Positions 19,012 to 29,539 of a stretch of 64,000 nucleotides of DNA are shown here, one piece after another. Made by a program: the position numbers and the translations under genes. This DNA comes from an uncultured Gemmatimonadales bacterium (GTDB lineage Bacteria > Gemmatimonadota > Gemmatimonadetes > Gemmatimonadales > GWC2-71-9). The stretch is from assembly GCA_963795085.1 (NCBI GenBank), contig CAWCFX010000003.1, positions 64,001 through 128,000 of the forward strand, in the 5' to 3' direction. How positions within the stretch are numbered: the stretch's first letter is position 1; the number at the start of each line of letters is the position of its first letter. The notes under the pieces were generated by a model. The model worked only from the letters and a program-made list of their open reading frames with translations, was not told where the DNA came from and made no database searches.

Positions 19012-20363
19012 AGCGCCTCCACCGCGGCCCGGAACTGGGCGCCGCGGTCCTCATAGTTCCGGAACATGTCATAGCTGGAGCAGGCCGGGGACAACAGCAC
19101 CACGTCCCCCGGCTGGGTCGCCTTGCGGGCCCGCTCGATGACATCGGGGAACCCGTTCCCCCGGATCACTTTGATCCGGCCGGCGAGTTCGCGCTCCACC
19201 TGGTCGCCGGCCTCCCCGAACGCCACCACCGCCCGGCACCGTTCCCGCAGCCGGTCGACCAGCCCCGCGTAGGGTTCCCCCTTGTGGCGGCCGCCCAGGA
19301 GCAGGACGTAGGGCCGGTCCATCGCGTCCAGCGCCACCGCGGTCGACGCGATATTGGTCGCCTTGGAGTCATTCACCCAGAGCACGCCGCCCACTTCGCG
19401 GACCGGCTCCATCCGGTGCGGCAGGGAGCGGAAGGTCCGCAGCCCCTCGGCGATGGCCTCCCGCCCCGCTCCGGCTGCCTCGGCCGCCAGCGATGCGGCC
19501 AGCGCGTTGGCCACGTTGTGATCGCCCAGCAGGGAAAGCTCTTCCCTCTTGAGGAGCACCCCGCGACCCAGCATCAGCCGTCCCCGGGCCCGGTCGAACC
19601 AGCCTTCGGCCTTGCCCTGGACCGAGAACCGCCGCCGGGTGCCGGCCGCGCCGTCGCTCATCGCCAGGGCGCGCTCATCGTCGCCGTTGACCACCCAGAT
19701 GGACGCGGCGTGGGCATGCAGAAACAGGCGCGCCTTGTCCGCGAAGTACGCGTCCAGCGAGTCGTACCGGTCCAGGTGGTCGGGGGCCAGGTTGGTCAGG
19801 ACTCCGACCGCCGGCGCGAAGTGGGCGCTGTCGTGCAGCTGAAACGACGACACCTCCACGGCAAGCCACGCATAGGGTTCGTCCTCCATGACGGCCTGGG
19901 ATAGCGGGATCCCGATATTCCCGGCCGCGGACGCCCGTTGCCCCGTCGCCTGGAGCAAATGGGCGATGAGCGCGGTGGTGGTCGTCTTCCCGTTGGTCCC
20001 CGTCACCGCGATGCAGCGGGTCGCTGGATCGAGCCCGAGGAAACCGACATCAATCTCGGAGTGCACCGGGATCCCGGCGGTGCTCGCGGTGGCCAGGGGC
20101 GGCGAATGGGGAGGAAACCCCGGCGACACCACGACCGCCGCGGCCCGCTTGATTCGCATAAGGTCATGCCCGCCCAACTGCACCGACGCCCCGCCCCGTC
20201 CCAGCGGGGCCGTGCGCTTCTCGAGATCGGGGCCGCTCTCCAGCTCCGAGGCGTATACCTTTATCCCCCGCGACAACAGCAGCCGGGCGGCCGCGATCCC
20301 GCTCCGTCCCAGCCCCAGCACCGCCACTTCCCGGCCCCGTTCCCGCCACTCGTCGAGCAGCAT
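19008..20363 (-). CDS. murD: UDP-MurNAc-L-Ala--D-glutamate ligase
   Basis: LGLGRSG, TGTNGKTTT, EVSSFQL, DHLDRY, NDSKATN, SPACSSYD; ATG 20363 overlaps mraY stop. Confidence 0.97.
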   Translation of the reverse strand: MLLDEWRERGREVAVLGLGRSGIAAARLLLSRGIKVYASELESGPDLEKRTAPLGRGGASVQLGGHDLMRIKRAAAVVVSPGFPPHSPPLATASTAGIPVHSEIDVGFLGLDPATRCIAVTGTNGKTTTTALIAHLLQATGQRASAAGNIGIPLSQAVMEDEPYAWLAVEVSSFQLHDSAHFAPAVGVLTNLAPDHLDRYDSLDAYFADKARLFLHAHAASIWVVNGDDERALAMSDGAAGTRRRFSVQGKAEGWFDRARGRLMLGRGVLLKREELSLLGDHNVANALAASLAAEAAGAGREAIAEGLRTFRSLPHRMEPVREVGGVLWVNDSKATNIASTAVALDAMDRPYVLLLGGRHKGEPYAGLVDRLRERCRAVVAFGEAGDQVERELAGRIKVIRGNGFPDVIERARKATQPGDVVLLSPACSSYDMFRNYEDRGAQFRAAVEAL

Positions 20364-21490
20364 CAGCGCACCTTGAGCGTGGCGAAGGCCAGCATCGCGC
20401 AGAACATGCCCAGGATATAGAACCGGGTCACCACTGTCGTCTCGGCCCAGCCCATCTTTTCGAAGTGGTGATGCAGCGGTGCCATCCGGAAGACCCGGTG
20501 GGCATCGGCGTACTCCCTGCCCCGGGTGCGCTTGAACCACTTGTAAGTCCCGGTCTGCACCAGGACCGAAATCGCTTCCACCACGAAGACTCCCCCGATG
20601 ACGAGTAGCAGGAATTCCGCCTTGAGCAGGATGGCCACCGTGCCCAATGCACCCCCGATGGCCAGGCTGCCGGTATCGCCCATGAACACCTGGGCGGGAT
20701 GGGCGTTGAACCAGAGGAAGCCGAGGCTGGCGCCCATCAGCGCGGTCAGGAAGATGGCCAGTTCGCCGGCGCCGGGCAGGTAGAAGAGGTTGAGGTAATT
20801 GGTGGCGTCCACCCGTCCGAAGACATAGGCGAAGAAGGCAAAGGCGGCAGCCGCGATCGCGGTGAGGCCGGTCGCCAGTCCGTCCAGCCCATCGGTCAGG
20901 TTCACCGCGTTCGTGGTCCCCGTGATCACCGTCGTTACGAACGCCACGAAGACGACCGGCGCGAACACCACGACCAGGTACTTGAAAAAGGGCAGCGTAG
21001 TGGCGGTAATGGGCATGATGGCCGGGTCCACCACCGGCTTGTAGTAAAGCACCAGGGCCAGCACCAGCCCGAAGGTGATCTGACCCACCAGCTTCCACTT
21101 GGCTACCAGGCCGCGCGACTTGCCCTGGACGATCTTGAGATAGTCGTCGAGGAACCCGATGCACCCCATCCACAGGGTGGCCAGCAGGGCATAGATGACG
21201 AACCGGTTGTCCAGCCGGGCCCAGAGCAGGGTCGGAATCACCGCCGAGATGAGGATGATGATTCCGCCCATCGTGGGGGTTCCCCGTTTCCCCTGGTGAG
21301 TCGCCGGACCTTCGGCCCGGATCACCTGGCCGATCTTCCGCGCCCGAAGAAACCTGATGATGCCCGGCCCGATCAGAAAGGCGATCAGCAGGGCGGTGAC
21401 GGTCGCACCCGCTGCCCGGAAACTGATATAGTTGAACAGGTTGAACAGGAGGTACCGATCGCCCAGCGGAGCAAGGAGATGATAGAACAT
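20363..21490 (-). CDS. mraY: Phospho-N-acetylmuramoyl-pentapeptide transferase
   Basis: GTPTMGG, GFLDD, NAVNLTDGLDGL, FMGDTGS, MAPLHHHFE. Confidence 0.98.
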   Translation of the reverse strand: MFYHLLAPLGDRYLLFNLFNYISFRAAGATVTALLIAFLIGPGIIRFLRARKIGQVIRAEGPATHQGKRGTPTMGGIIILISAVIPTLLWARLDNRFVIYALLATLWMGCIGFLDDYLKIVQGKSRGLVAKWKLVGQITFGLVLALVLYYKPVVDPAIMPITATTLPFFKYLVVVFAPVVFVAFVTTVITGTTNAVNLTDGLDGLATGLTAIAAAAFAFFAYVFGRVDATNYLNLFYLPGAGELAIFLTALMGASLGFLWFNAHPAQVFMGDTGSLAIGGALGTVAILLKAEFLLLVIGGVFVVEAISVLVQTGTYKWFKRTRGREYADAHRVFRMAPLHHHFEKMGWAETTVVTRFYILGMFCAMLAFATLKVR

Positions 21491-21530
21491 CGGCGCTTAC
21501 AGTCCGGGGCGGCGGGCGGCGTGGATGACT

Positions 21531-22880
21531 TCAATGCGAGGGTGCAATGCCGACTCCTAAGTAAGGTAAGATCGTTTCCAGCGCCACCCCGCGGGATGCC
21601 TTGAGTACGATCAGCTCGTCTCCCTGGAGCCGGTCCGCCAGGCGGGGGCCCAGTTCGGCCGGGTTCGACGCCGTGAGCAGCCGCTCCCCCAGGGTCGCCC
21701 GGTGCGACTCGAGTGCCGGCACGAAGTCTCCCACCGCGGCCAGGATGTCCGGCTGGAGCGCCACCAGCCGCTCGGCGATCTCGGCGTGCAGCCGGGGGGA
21801 ATCCGGGCCCAGTTCCCGCATGCTCCCCGCCACGAAGACCAGGCGTCGCCGGTCCCGCATCGCCCGGGCCGTGGCGATCGCGGCCCGGAACGAACTGGGG
21901 TTCGCATTGTAGGCGTCGTGGACAATGGTGAAACCGCCCGACTCCAGCAGTTCACCCCGCCCGCCGGGCAGCACCAGCGCGGAAAGCGCCCCCGCCGCGC
22001 GGACCGGGTCCAGTGGGAGTTCCCGGACCAGCGCCCACGCCAGCATCGCGTTGGCCACCTGGTGCTCCCCGCGAAGGGGCAATGTGACCTGGTGCCCGTC
22101 CACCGTGAACATCGATCCGCCGTCGGCGTTGATGGTCAGCGACGAGGGACACACAATGGCGCCCTTGAGTCCCGCCGTGATCACCCGCCCGGCCACCTCA
22201 CGCGCCCGCGCTGCCAGTTCCGGAGGGTCCGTCCCCACGATGGCGAGCGGAGCCCCCTGGGCCAGCGACACCTTCTCGCGCATCACCCCGTCCAGCGAGC
22301 CGAACCCTTCGAGGTGCGATTCGGCGACAGTAGTAATTAACACGGTCGAGGGCTCAATGATGGCCCGGGCCCGGGCAATCTCGCCCGGCAGGTTGGCCCC
22401 CGCTTCGATCACCAGGGCTTCCGCGTCCGCCGGCGCCCCGAGGATGGTCTGGGGAATGCCCACCAGGTTGTTAAAGTTGGACCTGGTCGCGTGGGTCGTG
22501 AACCGGGTTCCCAGGATCGCCGCCGTCATTTCCTTGGTGCTGGTCTTCCCATTGCTGCCGGTGATCGCGATGACCGGCCCGGCAATCTGCCGGCGCCGCC
22601 GGCGGGCCAGCTGGCCATAGGCGATCAGGGTATCGGGGACTTCATAGAAATGGAGACCATCCACCGGTTCGGCGCCGGTGTGCACCACGGCCGCCCGGGC
22701 GCCGGCCTCCCGGGCCTGGTGCAGGTGGGCGTGGCCGTCAAATCGTTCACCCACCAGCGCCACGAAGAGCGCTTCGGCCCCGAGCGTTCGGGTGTCAGTC
22801 GAGATCTCGCTGAACCCGCCGTCCGGCCCCGGCTCCACCTGCAGCGCCTCGGCCACGAACGCGCTGTCGTAGTGCGTCAT
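21531..22880 (-). CDS. murF: UDP-MurNAc-tripeptide--D-Ala-D-Ala ligase
   Basis: STDTR, GERFDGH, TGSNGKTSTKEM, DAYNANP, LKASRG. Confidence 0.96.
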   Translation of the reverse strand: MTHYDSAFVAEALQVEPGPDGGFSEISTDTRTLGAEALFVALVGERFDGHAHLHQAREAGARAAVVHTGAEPVDGLHFYEVPDTLIAYGQLARRRRRQIAGPVIAITGSNGKTSTKEMTAAILGTRFTTHATRSNFNNLVGIPQTILGAPADAEALVIEAGANLPGEIARARAIIEPSTVLITTVAESHLEGFGSLDGVMREKVSLAQGAPLAIVGTDPPELAARAREVAGRVITAGLKGAIVCPSSLTINADGGSMFTVDGHQVTLPLRGEHQVANAMLAWALVRELPLDPVRAAGALSALVLPGGRGELLESGGFTIVHDAYNANPSSFRAAIATARAMRDRRRLVFVAGSMRELGPDSPRLHAEIAERLVALQPDILAAVGDFVPALESHRATLGERLLTASNPAELGPRLADRLQGDELIVLKASRGVALETILPYLGVGIAPSH

Positions 22881-24328
22881 GACGCGGCCCGAAGCACGAT
22901 GTCCCGCTCATCGAACGGCAGTTTGTCGGCTCCCACCACCTGGTAGGTTTCATGGCCCTTGCCAGCCAGCAGGATAGTATCGCCCTTGCGGCCCAACGCC
23001 AGCGCGGCGAGGATGGCATCGCGCCGATCGGGAATGCGCTGATGCGGCTTGCCGCCCATGCCCCGCTCGATCTCGTCGATGATGCCGTCGGGATTCTCCG
23101 TCCGGGGGTTGTCCGAGGTGACGATGGGAACATCGGCGCCCTCGGCCGCGATGCGGCCCATCAGCGGCCGCTTCCCCCGGTCGCGGTCGCCGCCGCATCC
23201 GAACACGACGATCAACCGCCCAGTGGTCAGCGGCCGCAATGCGTCCAGGGCCCGTTCCAGCGCGTCCGGTGTATGCGCGTAGTCGCGTAGCACCACGCAG
23301 GGCGATTCGGTGAGCACCTCCATCCGTCCCGGCACCTGGGGCGACGTCTCCAGCCGGGCGATGACGTCCGTGAACGGCACGCTCAGCGCCAGGGCGGCCG
23401 CCGCGGCACCTATCGCGTTGGCCACGTTGTAATCACCCAGCAGAGGGAGCCGGACCGGGGCACGCCCCCACGGCGTGGTCAACTGAAACATGCTGCCGGC
23501 ACTATCCAGGCGCAGATCGGCGGCCCGGACATCGGCGGCCGGATGCTGCCCGAATGTAATGCGATGGGCCCCGGGTTCCTTCAGGGCAGCCCAGGCCGGG
23601 TCATCCAGGTTGACCACCTCGTACCCCGAGGGCTGCAACAGGCCCCGCAGGCGCAGCTTGGCGGCGAGATACTCCTCCATGGTGCGGTGGTAATCGAGGT
23701 GGTCCTGGGTCAGGTTGGTGAACACCGCCGCCGCGAACGCGAGGTCATCCAGCCGGCGCTGGTCCAGCGAGTGGGAGGACGCCTCCATCACCACGGTGCG
23801 GACCCCGCGGCCCACCAGGGTAGCCAGCGTCGCCTGTAGATCCACGGGACCTGGGGTGGTCAGCGAACCCGCGGTGGAAGGGACCCGGTCACCTTCGCCG
23901 TCGAACGCACCCAGGGTTCCAATACTGCCCGCCTGGTCGCCACCGTTCAGCAGATGGCGGGCCAGCGCGGTGGTCGTGGTCTTTCCATTGGTGCCGGTCA
24001 CGCCCACCAGGGTAAGGTGGTCGGCGGGCCGGCGGTGCCAGGCAGTGGCCGCAACCGCGGCCGCCCGGCGTCCGTCCGTGACTACGATCTCGGGCAACCC
24101 GCTTCCCTGCGCCGCCTCCACCACCAGCGCCGCCGCGCCCCGGGCCACTGCGTCGCCGACAAACCGGTGGCCATCGGACTGGGTCCCCCGCACCGCGATG
24201 TACAGGTTGCCCCGCTCGAGCTGCCGGGTGTCGTCGGTGATGCCGGTGAGGCGGGGCACACTGCCCGGGACGGAGACGACCAGCCCCTCGCGGCGGAGCG
24301 CGGTGACGATCTGCTGGAAATCCGTCAT
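22877..24328 (-). CDS. murE: UDP-MurNAc-dipeptide--meso-DAP ligase
   Basis: TGTNGKTT, MEASSH, DHLDYH, DYAHTPD, TSDNPR (DAP-type), AGKGHE. Confidence 0.97.
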   Translation of the reverse strand: MTDFQQIVTALRREGLVVSVPGSVPRLTGITDDTRQLERGNLYIAVRGTQSDGHRFVGDAVARGAAALVVEAAQGSGLPEIVVTDGRRAAAVAATAWHRRPADHLTLVGVTGTNGKTTTTALARHLLNGGDQAGSIGTLGAFDGEGDRVPSTAGSLTTPGPVDLQATLATLVGRGVRTVVMEASSHSLDQRRLDDLAFAAAVFTNLTQDHLDYHRTMEEYLAAKLRLRGLLQPSGYEVVNLDDPAWAALKEPGAHRITFGQHPAADVRAADLRLDSAGSMFQLTTPWGRAPVRLPLLGDYNVANAIGAAAAALALSVPFTDVIARLETSPQVPGRMEVLTESPCVVLRDYAHTPDALERALDALRPLTTGRLIVVFGCGGDRDRGKRPLMGRIAAEGADVPIVTSDNPRTENPDGIIDEIERGMGGKPHQRIPDRRDAILAALALGRKGDTILLAGKGHETYQVVGADKLPFDERDIVLRAAS

Positions 24329-26289
24329 TCGGCCCACACCGCCACGGCGCGGCCCACCCGCACCGAATCCCCCGCGGCCGGCGAGGTTCGGACGACGCGG
24401 CCGCTGCCGCGGAGGACCACCTTGAACCCGCGGCGGTGCAGCGCGGCGACGGCCCGGCGCAGCGGCATCCCGCCGGTCGGAGGGACCTCGGCGAGGGCCC
24501 GGCCAGCGGAACTATCCGGCTGGTAGGGCCACGCGACGGCCACCACCGGAACGGACACGGAGGGCTCCGCCACCGACCGGGTCTGGGCAGGCACCGACTG
24601 GATACCCAGCCGGTTTCGGTCGATCGCGACCTGCCGGGACGCCAGGGCCTGCTGCAACATGAGCCGAGTGAGCGGTGCCGCGACCTGGCCGCCGTAGTAA
24701 TCCCCGGTGGGATTATCAATTTTCACGATGACCACGAGTTGGGGATCGGCGGCGGGAAAGAGCGCGGCGAACGATGCGGTGTATTCGCCTTTGACGTACC
24801 GGCCATTCTCGAAACGGACCGCCGTCCCGGTCTTGCCGATCAGGGTGTAGTTGGCCAGCTGGGCCCGTTCGCCGGTCCCGCCTTCTCCCACTGCCCCGCC
24901 CAGGTATTCGCGGAGCCGGCTGGCGATCTCGGGGCTGACCGACCGCCTCACCGGCTCCGGCCGGCGGCGGTAGATCACGTCCCCGCCCGGAGCCTGCACC
25001 TCGCGGACCAGGGTCGGCGACAGCAGAATCCCGTCGTTGGCGATGGCGCCATACGCGGCGGCCAGTTGCACCGGTGTGACCTGGAATTCGTAGCCCATGG
25101 CCACGCTGGCCCTGGTGAACGCCGGCTTCCACCGGTGGGGCAGTTGCAGCCGGCCCCGGGACTCCGAAGGAAACTCCACCCCGGTGGGACTGCCGAAGCC
25201 GAAATCCCGGAGCGCGGTGAATTGCTCCTCGGGGAGCAGCCGCTCCGAGAATTTCGCCATGGCGACGTTGCTGGAGACACTGATCGCCTGGGCCAGCGTC
25301 AGGCTGCCTTCGGAACGATGGGTGTCTTCGATCTTCCGCAGCCCGGTGCCGCCCACCGGCATCATCCAGAGGCCATGCTCCGCAAAGACCGCGTCGGATT
25401 CCTGCACCTTGCCGTAGTGGAGCAGCGCCGCGGCGGTAAAGAGCTTCGCGGTAGAACCGGGCTCGAACGGATCGGTGAACATCGTGGGCCGCGCGGTCAT
25501 GGCGCCGCCGGCGCCGACTTGCCGGCTGGCGAGGGCCAGGAGCTCCCCGTTCCGGGGATCGTAGAAGACCACGTCCCCGCCTTCCGCCCTCAGGCTCCGC
25601 ACCGCGTCTTCGAGGCCGCTCTCCGCGATCTCCTGTAGCTCGTGGTCAATCGTCAGAAACACGCTGTTGCCCGCCACCGGCTCACGGATGAGCCGCGAGG
25701 GCGACTCGTACCGGCGGCCCTGCAAGTCGCGAAGGACGACCCGCTCCCCGGGTCGGCCGACCAGCAGGGTGTCCAATGCCACCTCCAGCCCCGACGCGCC
25801 CGATGAACCATCCGGCGCGAGCCCGCCGATAATCGACCGGGCCAGGTCGAGCGCCGGATAGAACCGGTTGTACTCCGGCTCGAGATGCACCCCCCGAAGC
25901 GCACGGACACCTTCGACCTCCGGCGCCGTGAAGGGACCATGGTAATAGAGGTAGGGTTTCCCGCTCCGGAAATCGCGGGTGAGCCGGGCCGCCGGAATGC
26001 CGAGGCTCCGGGAAGCCCGGCGGATGACGTCGCCCCGGTCGCCCACTTCGTTGGGGGCGATCCCGACGTGATAGTACTCCTGGGTGATGGCGAGCGGGGA
26101 CCCGTTCCGGTCGAATATCGTCCCCCGCCGGGCCGGCATCGTTTCGTGGCGGGTACGGTGCTCCGCGGCGACCCTCGCCCAATGCCCGCCCTGGACGATC
26201 TGGAGATGCCCGGCCCGCACGATCACCGCGACCAGCGCCACCAGGAAGACCACCTCCACCGCGCGAATGCGGGCAACCGGCTTCGCCAT
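24325..26289 (-). CDS. ftsI: Class B penicillin-binding protein FtsI/PBP3 with C-terminal PASTA-like domain
   Basis: RRGTIFDRNG, EPGSTAK (SxxK), SSN, GKTGTA. Confidence 0.95.
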   Translation of the reverse strand: MAKPVARIRAVEVVFLVALVAVIVRAGHLQIVQGGHWARVAAEHRTRHETMPARRGTIFDRNGSPLAITQEYYHVGIAPNEVGDRGDVIRRASRSLGIPAARLTRDFRSGKPYLYYHGPFTAPEVEGVRALRGVHLEPEYNRFYPALDLARSIIGGLAPDGSSGASGLEVALDTLLVGRPGERVVLRDLQGRRYESPSRLIREPVAGNSVFLTIDHELQEIAESGLEDAVRSLRAEGGDVVFYDPRNGELLALASRQVGAGGAMTARPTMFTDPFEPGSTAKLFTAAALLHYGKVQESDAVFAEHGLWMMPVGGTGLRKIEDTHRSEGSLTLAQAISVSSNVAMAKFSERLLPEEQFTALRDFGFGSPTGVEFPSESRGRLQLPHRWKPAFTRASVAMGYEFQVTPVQLAAAYGAIANDGILLSPTLVREVQAPGGDVIYRRRPEPVRRSVSPEIASRLREYLGGAVGEGGTGERAQLANYTLIGKTGTAVRFENGRYVKGEYTASFAALFPAADPQLVVIVKIDNPTGDYYGGQVAAPLTRLMLQQALASRQVAIDRNRLGIQSVPAQTRSVAEPSVSVPVVAVAWPYQPDSSAGRALAEVPPTGGMPLRRAVAALHRRGFKVVLRGSGRVVRTSPAAGDSVRVGRAVAVWAE

Positions 26290-26582
26290 CAGCGGGGTCC
26301 TCCGGGCGAGGGGGGCCAGCCGAAGAGTACGATCTCCGAATCACTGGGCATCCGGAGCCCGGCCTGGCCGGCGCGGTCCAGCAGGACCTGGCGACTGGAC
26401 GCCGCCCGGATCCTGCGCTCCAGTTCGGCCCGCCGTCCCTCGAGCGAGGCGCGCTCTTCCCGGATCTGGGTCAACTCCCGGGCCAACCGGAACGCGGCCG
26501 TGTTCCGGGCGATGACCGCACCCGCCACGGCGAGGAAGAGGGCCAGCCAGAGCAACACCCAGTGGCGTCCCCTAATTTGCAT
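26289..26582 (-). CDS. ftsL: Probable cell division protein FtsL
   Basis: Short N-terminus + single TM + coiled coil ending AGLRMP; position between rsmH and ftsI. Confidence 0.7.
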   Translation of the reverse strand: MQIRGRHWVLLWLALFLAVAGAVIARNTAAFRLARELTQIREERASLEGRRAELERRIRAASSRQVLLDRAGQAGLRMPSDSEIVLFGWPPSPGGPR

Positions 26583-27486
26583 CGTTCACCTGGAAAAACC
26601 GCAGCCGCGCGCTGCGCGCCCGCGGGTTTGTCGCGGTCTCGGCGGCGGACGGTGTAATGGGTTTGCGCGGTTCCATCGAACCCAGTGGGCGCCCCCGACA
26701 GGTGCAGACCGGCTGCCGCGGAGGGCAGATGCACCGTCGAGCCCACTCCTGGAAGAGGTGTTTGACGATTCGATCTTCCCCTGAATGGTAACTGATTACC
26801 GCCAGCGTCCCAACCGGCAACAGCGCCTCCCGGAAGACGGGGAGCGCCGTGCGCAGCCCCGCCAACTCATCGTTCACGGCGATCCGCACGGCCTGGAACA
26901 GCCGGGCGAAGTCGGCGGGTCCGGACCCCGGTCCGAGCACGGCCCGGATGGCATTGACCAGGTCATCGCTGGTGGCGAAGGGGCGTTTGGCCCGCCGCCG
27001 GGTCACCTCCCGGGCGAGCCGGCGGGCCCGGCGCTCGTCGCCATAGTCGGCGAAGATTATGCTCAGGGTCCCCTCGTCCAGGGTATTGAGCAGGTCCGCC
27101 GCGGTGCCGCCGGCCCCCATCCGCATGTCGAGGGGCGCCCCGGGCCGGAAGGTGAACCCCCGGTCCATTTCATCCAGCTGGCGGGACGACACCCCCAGAT
27201 CCAGCAGGGCGAAGTCGGGCCGGAAGGCACGCACCGCGTCCAGCACCCGGTCCTCGCTGAAGCTTCCCTCGAGGTAGGTCACGTCCCGGCCGACCAGTCG
27301 CTGCCGGGCCCGATCGAGGGCTGCGGAATCCCGGTCGATCCCGAGGACACGGGCTCCCTGACGGGTGAACAGGTCAGTGTGTCCCCCGTCGCCGAGCGTA
27401 GCATCCACTACCCGGCGGGACGCGGCGGCCCGTCGGCCGATCTCCTCCTCGAGCACGGGAATGTGGTGATGGGGGCCAGGACTCAT
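26572..27486 (-). CDS. rsmH: 16S rRNA m4C1402 methyltransferase
   Basis: HIPVL, DATLGDGGH, DLGVSSRQLD, PLDMRM, FQAVRIAVN, SYHSGED, NPRARSARLR. Confidence 0.97.
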   Translation of the reverse strand: MSPGPHHHIPVLEEEIGRRAAASRRVVDATLGDGGHTDLFTRQGARVLGIDRDSAALDRARQRLVGRDVTYLEGSFSEDRVLDAVRAFRPDFALLDLGVSSRQLDEMDRGFTFRPGAPLDMRMGAGGTAADLLNTLDEGTLSIIFADYGDERRARRLAREVTRRRAKRPFATSDDLVNAIRAVLGPGSGPADFARLFQAVRIAVNDELAGLRTALPVFREALLPVGTLAVISYHSGEDRIVKHLFQEWARRCICPPRQPVCTCRGRPLGSMEPRKPITPSAAETATNPRARSARLRFFQVNDAN

Positions 27487-27524
27487 CGCTCTCCAGGCCG
27501 GCGAGTGTGCCGGGCGGCCGGCGG

Positions 27525-27564
27525 GAGAAGAAGAAACCCCACCGGCCGAAGCCAGTGGGGTTTC
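27525..27564 (-). terminator. Intrinsic terminator-like hairpin after tRNA-Asp
   Basis: GAAACCCCACTGGC-TTCG-GCCGGTGGGGTTTC followed by TTCTTCT on the minus strand. Confidence 0.7.
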
Positions 27565-27570
27565 GAGAAA

Positions 27571-27645
27571 CGGGGCTGACGGGGCTCGAACCCGCGACCT
27601 CCGCAGTGACAGTGCGGCACTCTAACCAAGCTGAGCTACAGCCCC
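27571..27645 (-). tRNA. tRNA-Asp(GTC), CCA not encoded
   Basis: GGGGCTG acceptor stem, TAGCTCAG D arm, CCGCA-CTGTCAC-TGCGG anticodon arm, GGTTCGAG T loop; TATATT -10 at 27661-27666. Confidence 0.97.
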
Positions 27646-27752
27646 TGAAAGAGAGCGCGCAATATAGATCGCGGACGCCGAGGGTGGAAGGGCCAGCCCG
27701 CTCCCAGTCCGTTCCTCCGATTCTCTCATTTCACCAGCTCCTTCATTCCCGC

Positions 27753-29477
27753 TTACCGGCAATACGCCCTGATCATGGAAGCGGTCCGGGGCTTCAGACT
27801 GTTCAGATACCCCAGGTACTGATCCACCTGCGCCGCGTTGACGCTCCGGCCGGCGTTGAGTGCCCCGATGGACTCCTGCACCAGAGTATCCTCCTGTCGG
27901 GCCATGTCGCAGGACTTCTGCCGCTCCACCTCCGGATCCAGCTTGGAAACCTGGATGACCGTAGCCAGGCCCAGGGAGTAACTGGCGTTGGGCCAGGCCC
28001 GGGTGCTGGTGGTGCTGTCCACCATGGCGCGGGCCTGGCGAGACAGCTCGGCCGCCCGCACCAGATCCTGGGGCTCCTGAAGCAGCTTGAACGCGGCGTT
28101 GACGATGACGATGGCGACATTTTCCCTGTCATCGGCGGTGCCCCGCACCTTGACTACCTCGATGAGGGGGGCCGCGTTGGCCAGCCGGTCCTGTTTGACC
28201 AGTTCATTAATCACCAACAGTGCCGGCGCCACGGTGGTGGTGTCGATGGCCAGCAGCCGGTTCGCCACCGAGACCATGCTGTCGGCCTCTCCGCGGAGGG
28301 CATAGGCGCCCAGCAACTGGCTCACCAGGGTGCTGTTGGTCGGGTTCTTGTTGACGCCGGCCTGGGCCCACTGGATCAGCCGGGCAGTGTCCGGGCTCTC
28401 CGGGGGCTGCGACGCCACCGCGGCGATCTTCATGTAGAAGTTGCTGTCCGCCTTGGTCGAATCAATCGCGTAGAGGCTCTCCAGCGCATCGACTGCGCAC
28501 TTGTAGTTGTTCTCAAAGATGCAGACATTGCTCATCAGGTCGTACAACTCGGGGTTGTACTCGTCCAGGGCAAGCGCGTCCTCGGCCACCTTGCGGGCCA
28601 GGTCCAGCCGTCCCGCCGCGAGCAGGAACTGCAGCGCTTCTTTCCGAAGCTGGTCGTTGGTCGGCGCCGCCACCAGCATCTGCATGTAGGTCGTGGCCAG
28701 GCTGTTGGTGTCGCCGCGGGACTGGTACTCCTTGGCCAGCATCACCAGGGAGGGCAGGCTTTGGGGATCGCCTTCAATCGACCTGTTCAGCATGGCGATG
28801 ATCGAATCAGACGGCGCGGTCCGGTCACTGGCCAGCTGGGCCAGGCAGAGATGGGCCAGGCCATTCTTGGGGTTGGTCTGCAGCGCGCGGCGGGCCGAGG
28901 TCTCGGCCTTCTTGGCATCGGTGGTCCGCTGGTCGATGCAGGCTTTCGCGTCCTTGGCCGCCTTGACGACCGGCTGCAACTGGTCGGCGATGGCGTTGCC
29001 GAAAGCGTCCAGCGCCTGGCCCTCGCTGCGGGTCGCGACGACGACGGTGCCCGCGTCATCGTTCAATCCCACCAGCCGTGCCGTCACAGTCACCCGTCCC
29101 GACTGGGACTGCGCCAACTGAGTGCTGATCAGCATGCGCGCGTTCACGGCGGACGCAAACTGGCGCTGAACCGCCGGCTGCAGAATGGCGTCCTTCGGAT
29201 ATCCATACTCGATCAGAGCGGTGTTCATCTGGTCGCGGCTTACGACCTGGTAGGTGCCGTTCGCGACTCGTTCCATCCGGGAGCGAAGCGCGGAGGCGAC
29301 CTGGACCGACGTCAGCGAATCCTCGCTTCGCCGGACGTACGGATTGGAAACCATCAGCTTCGGCAGCGGGGCAGCGGGCTGGCTGCCGATCCGGCTGTTT
29401 GTCGGAATCTGCGCCGTCAGCGGTGTGCCGACCAACCCCGCAAGAATCCCCAGGGCCAACACGGAAAACGAACGCAT
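27753..29477 (-). CDS. Secreted TPR-repeat protein
   Basis: Signal peptide MRSFSVLALGILAGLVGTPLTAQ, GGAGG RBS, helical TPR-like repeats. Confidence 0.78.
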   Translation of the reverse strand: MRSFSVLALGILAGLVGTPLTAQIPTNSRIGSQPAAPLPKLMVSNPYVRRSEDSLTSVQVASALRSRMERVANGTYQVVSRDQMNTALIEYGYPKDAILQPAVQRQFASAVNARMLISTQLAQSQSGRVTVTARLVGLNDDAGTVVVATRSEGQALDAFGNAIADQLQPVVKAAKDAKACIDQRTTDAKKAETSARRALQTNPKNGLAHLCLAQLASDRTAPSDSIIAMLNRSIEGDPQSLPSLVMLAKEYQSRGDTNSLATTYMQMLVAAPTNDQLRKEALQFLLAAGRLDLARKVAEDALALDEYNPELYDLMSNVCIFENNYKCAVDALESLYAIDSTKADSNFYMKIAAVASQPPESPDTARLIQWAQAGVNKNPTNSTLVSQLLGAYALRGEADSMVSVANRLLAIDTTTVAPALLVINELVKQDRLANAAPLIEVVKVRGTADDRENVAIVIVNAAFKLLQEPQDLVRAAELSRQARAMVDSTTSTRAWPNASYSLGLATVIQVSKLDPEVERQKSCDMARQEDTLVQESIGALNAGRSVNAAQVDQYLGYLNSLKPRTASMIRAYCR

Positions 29478-29539
29478 TCCAGACCTCCGAATCGAAAATG
29501 TCTCTAGCCAACCCGCTTCCGGACCGGCGACAGGACCAA

